The notes under the pieces are model-generated. The model searched no databases. It had not been told where the DNA came from and was given only the letters and a program-made list of their open reading frames with translations. This document shows positions 35,378 through 47,300 of a DNA stretch of 64,000 nucleotides, piece after piece; position 1 is the first letter of the stretch, and every line of letters starts with the position of its first letter. Made by a program: the position numbers and the translations under genes. The DNA is from Macrostomum lignano (taxonomy: Eukaryota): assembly GCA_002269645.1 (NCBI GenBank), contig NIVC01002463.1:79897-143896 (forward strand). Direction: 5' to 3'.

Positions 35378-35687
35378 ATTGCTGTGCTGCTGGCTGGCTG
35401 AGCTCACCACAGTAGCCGCAGGCTCATTTGCAGCAAAGAGGAACCAGAACAGGATTCTGATCCAATTGAATACTAAATAGGCACTATTCCCAGAATTTGG
35501 TGAATTCCCAGAAAAACAATTAGATGTCACAGTACGAGTCGCTAAAAAGTTGTCAAAGAGTTGTCTAAAAGTCAATTTGAGGCGTTTCATTGTCTGTGAC
35601 TCTGAACAACTCTGGTGTGACACAAGTGACTCAGGGGTGTCTCTATAATGACTCTGAGGCCATAGAGTTCTATTTAGAACTATTTTT

Positions 35688-35925
35688 TGTGTCCTTAAGC
35701 AAGACACTTAACTCTGCATTGCTTCAGTTCACCCAGCTGTAAAATGGGTGCCAGCATTAGCTGGGGTAATTGAGAGTGCATGTGGTAACCCCTGAGTCCT
35801 TGGACTGAACAGCCATATATAGCCTTCAGATGTGGCGCACAATAGCTGTGGCTAAGTTATCGGTTGCACATCTGGCCCAATTGGGGCACATACATGTAAT
35901 CAATTATTTTTTATTATTATTCATA
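35688..35925 (+). mobile_element. 5'-truncated SINE with a conserved central-domain-like sequence (CORE/Deu/Meta-type)
   Basis: CCTTAAGCAAGACACTTAACTCTGCATTGCTTCAGTTCACCCAGCTGTAAAATGGGTGCC resembles recalled SINE central domains; ends in an (ATT)n-like tail. Domain class not determined. Confidence 0.5.
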
Positions 35926-38900
35926 TCTAGATATTGTTAGTAGAAAGCTAAGCATTAAAAAAGCAACTTTTAACAAATTTTTACAACTTTTTTAAAATTC
36001 TGAAACTCACATGATGAGCTTGTGACTCAATAGTCACCTCTGTTGCATTGTAGTTGTTTGAGTCACTAAAAGTCATGAGGTCATCCTAGAATCACTAGTA
36101 AATTGTTTGGAATTACTCTACCAATGCTTGTCCTAATGATATTTTAACAGAACCTTCTTCATGCAAAAAATTTATATCTTACTGACAAAACCTGATTTAG
36201 CAAATAAAAAGGCCAGAATGGACAAAGCTAAAAAGTTAAACTCAAACTCTACTCAAAACCTATACAGAAACAAGTATGACCTAGATAAATGACTTTTAAT
36301 TTAATTATATTAATTAAGTATATTAATTATTTCTATAATCTTAAGTTCTATAACTTTGCTAATATATAGAGATATTCTTTAGGCTAGCCACAAATAAAGC
36401 TTTACTTGAATGCCTAAGTTTCAATTTACTATGCAAATAAAATTTTATGTGGTTATAAAGGTTTCTATGCTCTATATGAATATATAAATAAATTCTCATT
36501 AATCTAACTAGCCACTATAACTGCATCATGAATAGACTAAACAGTTAGTTCTATTATAAAAAAAGCTATTTTCAAAGATAATAGACCTTATATCTTGAGT
36601 ATGTTTAAAAGAATATTGTATACTTTAGTGCCAGACACTTTATAATATCAAGTCAATATTGATAAGGACAAATTCAAGAGAGGATTTAGAGAGGGGCAGC
36701 TACACATTTTTTTACCCTTAAGCTAAGGCAAAGCTTTATTTTTCATCTCCTATTAAATGCATTTTTGCACCCTTAGCTTAAAAATTGATGCTTCTTATAC
36801 TCACGTTGGTGCCTCAGACTTAGAATACCCCCCTCTCAAAATGAATTTTTAGATCTGCCACTGGAATAATGTGCATATATTGAACTTTATATTGTTATCT
36901 AAATCAAAGCTTATAGCTTAGGCCTATAATAATTGATTTGCCTAAAGTTTTATTTTGAATCTTTAGTCAATAATCTTATCTATGTGATTATCCTGTGTCT
37001 GTGTGATAGTCCTATTGTAAGTTGTAGTCCTATATATGCAACATGTCCAACAAGTTTCTACTAATATAGTATTATAGTAATAAATATTAGATATAAAAAT
37101 CAGCCTATATTAAAATTTTAGGCCCTAATAGAGAAAATTAGTATATTATTTCTTTTTATTAGCACTTTTTTGCTAGTATATTAATGGATTTTTATTGAAA
37201 TGTTAACACTGCATTTTCGATGAAACAGATTTAAATACAAGCTTTATTGACTGGTATTTTTCAAATGGAAAATTATTAATTTTTGTATTTTTCCAAAAAG
37301 TTGAAATATGGTATAAGCAAACTTTTTTGCTAGGAATAGTTTTGGCGCATGGCGCAAGCAATTTTTTTGGATAGGATTGTTGTGGCACATGGCATGCCAT
37401 GATCCTGACTATGGCTATTATCAGACTATCAACAATGTTTTAAAATATGTTATTTGCTATATAAAATTAGGCAACTTTGCTCAAAAGAATCCAATCTACA
37501 AAACAAAACCAAGACAAAATCAAGAGACGGTAACTAACCAGCTGTATGTAGCTAGCAGCTAGCTATGGAGTATGGTATCACTCTAATACTTCATTTAATT
37601 AAATTGTAAAGTTTTATTAACATAGGCCTAGCCCTAATATAAGTGAATAATAATCCTGTGGATTTTTGCAACTTAAATAGATCAGAGACGACAGAGATAC
37701 TCGGCAAATGTAACATCTCAAGTGTAACGTTTTAGCTCTAGTTATTACAGGGGTATGCTTAGACAGACACCCAAGTTCCAATCCAAATTAAATATCCATC
37801 CAATCCAAGTCACATATTTTCCCAAAAGTTTAAGACATATCGTACAGTGGCCGCAACATAGCAAAACCTATGCAACACTTAGCAATACTTGCTTAATATA
37901 ACAATGTATAGAAGTACCAAATTAAATCAGAAAAATAAGTGCAAAAGTAAAAAAATTTAGCCAAAAGGCCCAAAACCGTGAAAACTGAACTCGCCAAGGT
38001 AAAGGTTCGTTATTTCATAGAATTTTATCAGTTTAAATATTGTAGTAAAAGTTTTTTCCTTAAAATCGAAAATAGCTTTTTATAAATATTGTTTTACAAA
38101 ACACTTTTTAGTTTGTGAAGCAAAAATAATTTTTTGGTTTTAAAATTGTTATAATATTATAAAAGCACGATATGCAGTTTGAATTAACTTTTTTCTGAGA
38201 AACATAGCCGACCAAAATTTTGCGAAAATCCAATTTGATATCAATCTAGGCAGGCTTAATTTAGTATTGTAAAGTACATTTAGATAATTATCAGTCACAT
38301 ACCCGATGACCTACTCAGAATAGTCTTATTTTTTAACATATTAGAGATTTTTAAAGCAGTTTCTTATATTTTTGACTTGCAAAAAATATTCTTACACAAG
38401 TGGCATTTCTAGGGACTAGGGTGTCAGGGACTAGGGGTACAGCCGTTACAGGACGTTTTGCCTTAAGTCATTTGGCGGCTGCCTATGACGCATGGCTTTG
38501 GGCCTTATAAGACACTTAGCCCGAATATTCAAATAAGTCTAAGTCCTACGATTGGGTTTTATTTCGCTTGACTGTACTGTACTTAAAATCGTTTTGTCTA
38601 TTCTCTTTTTCCTATTTTGCTATTTACTGTTTTACTTCAGCTTCAGTGATGGATCCTGATTTGGTCCTAATGCCCCAATGAGGCCATGCCCCTCCCTCAG
38701 CTAGATATAATGGCTATAATTTATATGATATTCATTTGGAGAGGATCAATATAGATTACATTACTGTCATTAGCAAAATTTATCATGGGAAATTAGAGTA
38801 AGCTTTTTTCTAAGAATTTTCTTTAATATAACAGAAAGGTATATATATAGTGTCCCTGATATATATACTTGTTATTTAACTTGAGTTAAGATTGGTAATC

Positions 38901-39400
38901 AGTGCTTTTAATTTTAATTCTAGTGGTAGACCTTGCTTGGAAATATGAATATATAACTATACTACCTCTGCTAGGTTTCTGCTATTTGATAATATTAATA
39001 ACTATATATAATATATAGCTAAGATAAATTATGGAGGTCTATATATTAAAATTCAGTCTTCTTGGGTCTTAATAATATTTTGACTATTTTAAGCTAAACT
39101 TGATATTTTAAATTTCTCAAATATTTGTGCATTAAAAATTGAATAATGATTTTTATGTCTAGATATATCTTTAAGAATATGCTTGTTTTATGATTTTATG
39201 AGCAATAAACCAAATCTTCTTTCTCTGATCCTATGTAAAATACATTTTTATGCCTAACAATTGGCAACCTAAAAATTATGCCAATTGACACTTTTTATTC
39301 TGCTAGCACCTAGGTTTTAAACAAAATGTGTTAAATAACATATGACAAAAAGATTACTAAGGAGCAAGACACAATGTAAAAGAAGAAAGAAAAGATGAGA

Positions 39401-39776
39401 GGGGGGCCGTAGCCCAGCGGTAGTGTAGCTGCTCTGGTGTGCCAGTGACCCAGGCTTGATTCCAAGTGCAGTCACATTAATTTGGGGCTGAATTGGAATC
39501 TTGGCTTGGCTCTGCTCGTGCAATTAACGGCCTTGAGAGCCAACCCCCCAAGGCGCAGTGAAGTGTACATGCCTAACGATAATATAAAGTTAGGGCCGCT
39601 GTACACTCCTGTGTGAGTGCATGCCTGCGTATGTATCCGCGCGCTTGTATGCCTGCTCACGGGAGTTGGCAGAATGGGCAGTAATGCCTCTCGCTGTTTG
39701 TGTGCCTATGTCGCTTAAAGTGCGCCAGTGTGCACACAACCCCCTGTCTCTAATACAAAAAGAGGCACAGAAATAG
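39401..39776 (+). mobile_element. tRNA-derived SINE, full length, 12-bp TSD
   Basis: A-box-like TAGCCCAGCGG and B-box-like GGCTTGATTCC; TSD GAAAAGATGAGA at 39389-39400 and 39777-39788; homologous to copies at 54696-55054 and 43535-43841. Confidence 0.88.
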
Positions 39777-40355
39777 GAAAAGATGAGAAAGGAAATACCA
39801 ACAGAAGAGGCAACAAAAAAGCAGAGAACATACATGCACAACCTTGGGAATCACTCGGCTGTTTCTATTGGCAACACACACATGTAAGTCACTATTGGCT
39901 GAGAATAGTCTCGTGACTACTATTCTGTCCAATAGCAATTTACATGTGTGTGTTGCCAATGGAAACGGCCGGGTGAATCCCTAGGTTGCACCCAAGCATG
40001 GCAGAGAAGGAGAGCAAAAAGGAAGTCGCAACTAGACTACTGGACTAAGCTTAGTTGCAGCAAAAATTATGCAGTTCTGTTATCACAGAGAGTGGGTTTC
40101 TCTGCCATGGTTTATATAGTCAAAGCTTTTTCACCAAATAACCATTATTTCTCTATATTTAGCTTGAAGAACAGTTTCTGCTCTGTACGAACTCGCTACA
40201 GAAGTCTTCAGGAAAATCTTGAAGCCATCATATTACTGTATTTGTAGTTATAAGTTTTCTGTAGGTATATCTAGCTGCCATAGGTCCCCATTATACTGAT
40301 AGTTGACATAGCAACCTTTAGCATAGTCTATTGGTATCAAGTAGTTAAATTCTGC

Positions 40356-43042
40356 TCAAACAGCTGGTGAAGCAGCTCTGCTGTTGGCACTGGATAGCGC
40401 CGCCTCCGATGCCTCATCAATTGCTGCTGGCTGCACAGTCCCCCTCAGCCGCAGGTAGCCAGCTTTCCCAGCCTCTGCCAGCTGCCGCTGCAGCTCCTGC
40501 TCACTGTTGATGATGCGCACCACTTTGTAGGCCTCCTCGCTGGATTCCAGCACGCTTTTCTTCCAGCTTAGGCTGAAGCTGCCAATCTGTGCAGTTATTT
40601 AAGGGGTATCGATATTTTTGTTTGGACTCGGGATGATGGTATGGGTTTTGAAATTTGTGTCAGATCAAATTTAGGCACAGATCTACATTTCACTGACATG
40701 ATTGTGTGTAAATTTTAACCTGATAGCTGTCACATTGGATCATAAGCATGCCGCTTTGTTAGTCTTTAATGGTTGGACGAGCCTCTTGCTTTCCAAAATT
40801 CCTCATTTCAGCATGTCGATCCTCATTCTTGGCATGTAGATCCTCATTCTTGGCATGAAGATAATCATTCTTGGCATGTAGATCCTCATTCTTGCATGTA
40901 GATAATTCATTCTTGGCATGTAGATCATCATTCTTTGCATGTAGATCCTCATTCTTGGCATGAAGATCCTCATTCTTGGCATGTAGATCCTCATTCTTGC
41001 ATGTAGATCCTCATTCTTGGCATGTAGATCCTCATTCTTGCATGTAGATCATCATTCTTTGCCTGTAGATCCTCATTCTTGGCATGTAGATCCTCATTCT
41101 TGGCATGTAGATAATTCATTCTTGGCATGTAGATCATCATTCTTTGCATGTAGATCCTCATTCTTGGCATGTAGATAATTCATTCTTGGCATGTAGATCA
41201 TCATTCTTTGCATGTAGATCCTCATTCTTGGCATGTAGATCCTCATTCTTGGCATTTAGATCCTCATTCTTGCATGTAGATCACCATTCTCGCATGTAGA
41301 TCCTCATTCTTGGCATGTAGATCATCATTCTTGGCATTTAGATCACCATTCTTGCATGTAGATCATCATTCTTGTCATTTAGATCCTCATTCTTGGCATG
41401 TAGATCCTCATTCTTGCATGTAGATCACCATTCTCGCATGTAGATCCTCATTCTTGGCATATGAATCCTCACCTTACCAAATCTGCAATTATTCATTCTT
41501 TACATATCTTGACTTTGATATGTCACTCTTGAACTCCTGATATGTAACTTCCTGCTTGCTAACTAGCATGTAAACCTACATCCCGGATTGAAGTCGACTC
41601 TAAAGAAAACACGCACCTGACTCCTCAGAGGCCTGGCTTTTACCGGCGCTCCGAACATGGCCGCAGTCTGGCGCATCAGCGTGTTGGGATGATTTGCAGT
41701 CAGGGTGGCCATTCGTTTAGCGAACTCTTGCCGCGTCTTTGCCAGCTCTTCGCCTTTGCTGTCCTTCGGCTTCGAATTCGCTTTGCCTTCCTTTCTTGTT
41801 TGTTCTTCGACGTAGTCGGCTTCCTCATCCTCTTCTTCCAGTTCCTCCTCTTCGTCGTCTTTGTCTGGCTGTGGCGAGCGCACCTCCTTGCCGCGCACGT
41901 GCTCAATCAGAAAGCTAATAAAAGACTGTCTGGCTCGAGCTGCTTCCCGGAATCGGCGCAGTCGCTCCTCCTCGGCGCGGTCCTGCTCGGCGCGCTGGCC
42001 AAGCTCTCGTCTCCGGCTTTCGTTCGCTTGTAGGCGTCGCCGCATCTGGTCCTGAGGTGTTTTGTGTTTGGCGGTTGGCGGTTTTATAAAGCAGTCAGAG
42101 CGAGCCACAATAGCTATTGATGCACTTCTAAACACCCACAGTCTCGAGGCTTGCGCAGCGCCTCAAGATTCTGTTTTTTTGTAACAGCGTGAATACCAAG
42201 GTCTCGAGGGGAATACCAAAGTCTCGAGAGGAATACCAAGGTCTCGAGAGGGATTCTAAAGTCTCGAGAGGAATTCCAAGGTCTTGAGAGGAATTCCAAG
42301 GTCTCGAGATGGATTCCAAGGTCTCGAGAGGGATTCCAAGGTCTCGAGAGGGATTCCAAGGTCTCGAGAGGAATTCCAAGGTCTCGAGAGGGATTCCAAG
42401 GTCTCGAGAGGAATTCCAAGGTCTCGAGAGGGATTCCAAGGTCTCGAGAGGAATTCCAAGGTCTCGAGAGGGATTCCAAGGTCTCGAGAGGGATTCCAAG
42501 GTCTCGAGAGGAATTCCAAGGTCTCGAGAGGGATTCCAAGGTCTCGAGAGGAATTCCAAGGTCTCGAGAGGGATTCCAAGGTCTCGAGAGGAATTCCAAG
42601 GTCTCGAGAGGGATTCCAAGGTCTCGAGAGGAATTCCAAGGTCTCGAGATGGATTCCAAGGTCTCGAGAGGAATTCCAAGGTCTCGAGAGGAATTCCAAG
42701 GTCTCGAGAGGGATGCCAAGGTCTCGAGAGGGATTCCAAGGTCTCGAGAGGGATGCCAAGGTCTCAATTATGATTTCGAGAGTGACGCCAAGGTTGCAAG
42801 AGGCGTTTGAAGTCTTTAAAGGTGCAAGGGTCTTTATAAGAAATCTAAGGTCTGAAGACGGGCGTGCTCAAGTCTTAGGAGAGGTGCTAGTTTTCTTCAG
42901 AGTCTCAAAATGGTCTCAAAAAGCGTTTTTTCGTTTTATCTTCGACTCGCCCCACCTCAGCCCGCTGCATGGTGCGCAATTCGTACTGTCGATGCTTCTC
43001 AATGTGACCGTCAAGCAACGCTTTGAGTCGTTCGCTCTCCAT
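40356..43042 (-). CDS. Uncharacterised charged coiled-coil protein, at least 250 aa, 3 or more exons
   Basis: Exons 43042-42956, 42051-41617, 40586-40356 are all multiples of three and join at GT-AG sites (MESERLKALLDGHIEKHRQYELRTMQRAE | DQMRRRLQANESRRRE...RSQ | IGSFSLSWKKSVLES...*). No family recognised; true start may be further upstream. Confidence 0.65.
40803..41462. repeat. 20-21-bp minisatellite (TCATTCTTGGCATGTAGATCC)n
   Basis: Fills the last intron of the uncharacterised gene. Confidence 0.96.
42190..42765. repeat. 20-bp minisatellite (GGATTCCAAGGTCTCGAGAG)n
   Basis: Fills the preceding intron of the uncharacterised gene. Confidence 0.96.
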
Positions 43043-43534
43043 TCTATTCCGAGTACCAGCTCCATGGTGCGATAGAACGAATTGTGCACGTCCGTCTCGT
43101 TTCTTAGGCGATTTCTCTGCATGGCTGCTGGACGTTGTTAAGAATTTTTGGCTATGTCGTTTTTAGCAAGCCTGCACGGTCTTGTCCTTATATCTGTAAT
43201 ATAATAAAGATCCCGGTTCTCAGCTGGTATGTGAAATCATCAGAGTTAATTATTCATTGCTTTAGCTCTAGATGTATGGTCTGATGACAATAAATTATTG
43301 AGTATATAACTCTTGAGTCCGATCTGGTGGTCTTTGAGCTGTGCTTACTCGCTGAAGCCTCTATCAAACCAGATTTTTTTCATTGCTGCAAGTTCCTAAT
43401 TCAAGTTGTGCATTCAGATCGAAATACGAGTTTCTGGCCGCTTTCGTACTGTCGGATGACAACAAATTGAACGAGTATAGTTTAGAAAGATGTTTCAAAG
43501 ATAAATATTAGCATGCTTTTTATATTAGAGGCAG

Positions 43535-43841
43535 GGGCTGCGTGCTGCGTGCCCTTCTGCCGACTCTTCTGAGCAGGCACACAAGCGCGCGGATACGTAC
43601 GCAGTCATACTCACAGGCACACACTCACACAGGAGTGCACAGCGGCCCTGACTTTATTTATTGTTAGGCATGCATGTACAGTTCATTGCTCCTTAGGGGT
43701 TGGCCCTCAATAGCGTTAATTGCACGAGCAGAGCCAAGCCGAGATTCCAATTCAGCCCCAAATTAATGTGACTGCACTTGGAATCGAGCCTGGGCCGCTG
43801 GCACACCAGAGCGCCGCGACAGACCACTGGGCTACGCCTCC
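43535..43841 (-). mobile_element. tRNA-derived SINE, same family, 3' end degraded
   Basis: Reverse complement matches the 39401 and 54696 copies (GCGTAGCCCAGTGGTC...GGCTCGATTCCAAGTGCAGTCACATTAATTTGGGGCTGAATTGG). Confidence 0.85.
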
Positions 43842-44334
43842 GTCCTCCTCCCCAACATTAGCAGGTTACAGCCTGGATGAAATGAATGAAAGGAAAGGAC
43901 TAAGACAACTAGAAAATCTGTCTGCGAAAGTTCATAAAGTACTAAGGATTGGTAGTAAATTAATTGTGGAAGATTTAGACACGATAAGTATAACTGCTTC
44001 TTAACGCGTAATTTCCAGGAAAAGTAATGATATTTTTGTGAAATTTTTCATTCTATTTAATTTATTATCCTACAAAGTTGTTATAATAAATATTTATCCA
44101 GAAACTACTCGTATTTAGAGCGAAGTTCAAATTTCAAAGGGCAATTACAATATCGTATGAAACATGTTTTTCTACTATCAAAAGTACATATTGGTTTAGA
44201 CACTTTTTTTCTGCGGGGTTTTATCATTTTATCTGTTTCCGTAGTAGACAGATAGTAGGCTGCAAGTTGTGTTGCTATGGCTATCATTATTCGTCTAGAG
44301 AGGAATAAAAAATTCTCAACATCAACAGTCCGCA

Positions 44335-47300
44335 GCGACGGCCGAAACAGCGTGCTATGTGCACTGCTCCCTGCGCCAGCCCGGACAGCCGGACTTGACC
44401 AGCCGGCCGGAGCCGCTGAGCGCTACCGATAGCGCCAGTTGCCAGGTGCAGAGCGGCGGCGTCGACGGCGAGTCGCGCTGGCTGCTCACCCTGACCGGCT
44501 TGCCTCGGCGCCGGGTTCCGTCGGTCAAAGCGTGTCGTCGAGCGTCTCGACGTTGCGACAGCGTCATCGTCAGCGGCTTCACTCGACCGCGGCGTCCCGA
44601 GGCCGATGACAATGACGACGGCTTATCCGTCGATGATGAGGTCGGTTCGACAATCGCAGTGAGCCTGGCTGCGGTTGCCAAGTCGCTGGGCCTGCCAGAC
44701 TCGGCTGCCGAAGACGTCGCCGCCAATAAACCGACAGTCTTCGTCACGAACGTCTGGGCCTACGCTGTGCTGCGCCTTCGCCAGCCAAGCCAGCGCCTCC
44801 TGCTGATTGGCCTTCGTCGGGATCGGCGTTGTCGAGTTCTTGTCAACGGCAAGCGTCGATCGCAGCGTTCGGTGCTCTACTACGACTGGGCTGGCGGGCA
44901 GGACGACAACGACGGATTCCAGCCGCCGCGGCTCACCTTCAGCGAGAACTGGCCGCCGCTTGTGGACTACCCGGCCGGCGAATCCGCACTGCTGCTGGCC
45001 GAGCCGCCGGACAGCCTGATCCGCCAGCTCATGCTCGGCGACGCCGTGGCAACAGCCGACCGGCTCTGCGCTTTGAACGGCTGGAGCAGCCGCGGCTGCC
45101 TGGTGCCGCTGGTCAGCCTGGAGGCGGCGCTCCGCCAGCGTCAGCTGGACACCGTGGCATTCTTTCTTAACAGCCACGAGCAGGCGCCGTTGGCCAGCCT
45201 CCGACCGGCCCTGGACCTCATGCTGAGCTACCTGGCCAGCCTGGCCGACAGTCCGGCCGGCAGGCAGTACGCTGACCAGCTGGCCGCCAGGATCAACAGG
45301 TTCCTCTGTCGCCAGCTCCTGCTCGCTGACCAAGCCGACAGTAGCCAAGCCGAGCTGTCGCTCTACCTCAGCCGAGTTCGACGCTACTGCCGTCGCCCGG
45401 TGCCGCAGCCGCCGCCAACGCCGCTGTTGAAGGCGTCGTCAGCGTCGTTGATATCTTCGTCGGCTTCGGTCGGTGATGCTTCGTCAGCGTCGACTTCGGC
45501 CGCTGCCGCCGCTGCCTCCGCCTGGTCGCAACTGGCCGATACGGACGTCCTTGTTGACGCCTGTCTGTCGAACTGCGTCACCAGGGCGCTGGAGTACTTC
45601 TCGAATAGCTCGGCCTCGCGTAGCTGCACAGCCGCCCACTGTCTAACCGTGTGCAGGTCGCGAGTTCGATACCTGGTCGGCCGGCGCCAGCTAGTGGAAG
45701 CGCGTGTCCTACTTGATGCCAGTGGCGCCGACACCGAGCGAGAGCTGCGCGACCTCCTGCTGGACTGCGCCGATGCCGGCCTGAGGAGCTGGCTGTACCT
45801 GCAGCTGGCTGCCGACCTACCCGCCGAAGTTCAGGTGCGTCCCTTCTTGAGTCTAAGTTTCACTGGGTGCCAAGCATATGCCTCACCTGTTCTCCCAGCC
45901 CTATGCCTCACCTGTTCTCCCAGCCCTATGCCTCACCTGTTCTCCCAGCCCTATGCCTCACCTGTCAGTCCAGGCCTATGTCTCGCCTGTCAGCCCAGGC
46001 CTGTGTCACCTGTACATGCATTTTTTGTTTGACCAATATTCGAGCCAATCTCAAACGACACAGCTACTATCGATATAAATTGTTGATTCACCCAAAGGCG
46101 GCCATGTCCAGCATGGAGCGTCTCTCCTCCGCCTACAACACCGACGAGGCCCGGGCCGAGCTTCGGGCGGCGCTGCTGGCTGGCGAACCCGAGGCCGCCG
46201 CCTCCGAATCGGCGTCGCCGCTGACTCTCCGTCGAATGCTCAGCCTGGCCGAGTCTCGAGTCCAGGAGCTCCTGCTGCGCCGATCGCTGGCAGTCCAGTC
46301 GCTAACAGACGTCCTTGATCGATTCCCAGCCCAGGCGGTCTGGCGCCACCTGCTGGCTGCTGGCAACTATCGGCTGCTGTCCGAGGCGTTGGACGCCGCC
46401 CGGCCAAGCTCGGACGATCTGGACGGCCTCCACAGCCTGCCAGAGTGGCTGTCCGAGCCGCTGCTGTGCCGGGCGGCCAAGTCCGGCAGGTTCAGCGCCA
46501 AGGAGGCGTCCAGCAGGCGTCTTTGGCTGCGACGCTGCGCCCTAGCCGGTTGCTTAGCAACGGAAGCGGAACCGCTTCGAGCTCTGCTTGGCGAGGCGCT
46601 TGAAGCTGGTCACGTGACTGCAGCCTCGTACGCGCTGGACATGCTGGAGGAGATGGGAGCTGGCGAGATTAGCGGTGAGCTCCCTGGTGCCTTTGGCTGG
46701 CGCTGTACACCCTGTGTGAGCGTGTGTGTGAGTTCGTGCCTGCGTACAGCGCGCTTGTATTCTGCTCAGGAGTCAGCGGAGTGAGCAGACTTTTGCCTCA
46801 CCGCTGGTCGTATGACAATTCTGACGATACAGCCACTCTAGCACGCCTCAAATACGACTTTACCTTACGGCCCCAGAGTCGTTTCACAGTCGCAGGCAGT
46901 AAAACGCTTCAAAGTGATTCTTGAGCGACTCTTTGACGACTTTTTTAGCGACTCGAACCGTGACATCTCGTCGTTTTATAGTGGTTTTAGAGTCACTTCT
47001 TTCCAATTTTACCTGTGTCATCTGCAACGACTCGACTGTTTCGTCAGGGGTGTCTACAGCCCACATTCCAGCAGCTTCTCCAGTCCCATTCATTGGCAAG
47101 CATCCTATTGACTGATTTTTTCCCAGACGACTCATCCTCAAGTCGCCAATCCTCGCTGCTCAGTCGGCTCCGGGATCTGCGATCGAAGCGGCTCGACGCC
47201 AACGAAGACCAGGACCCCGAGTCCGACTGGCCGGCCCCGGAGCCGCTCCGCGAGGACCCGTCCGGCGTCAGCCTGGACTCCCTGCTGCCCGCCTGTCTGG

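Noticed and set aside
36000-39390. Long AT-rich stretch, including a possible CAGTGGCGGATC-type MITE at 36675-36863
   Set aside because: No ORF or RNA gene; the left terminus matches the right at only 8 of 14 positions, too weak to call.
39401-39475. tRNA gene
   Set aside because: No complete cloverleaf; it is the head of a multi-copy SINE with TSDs.
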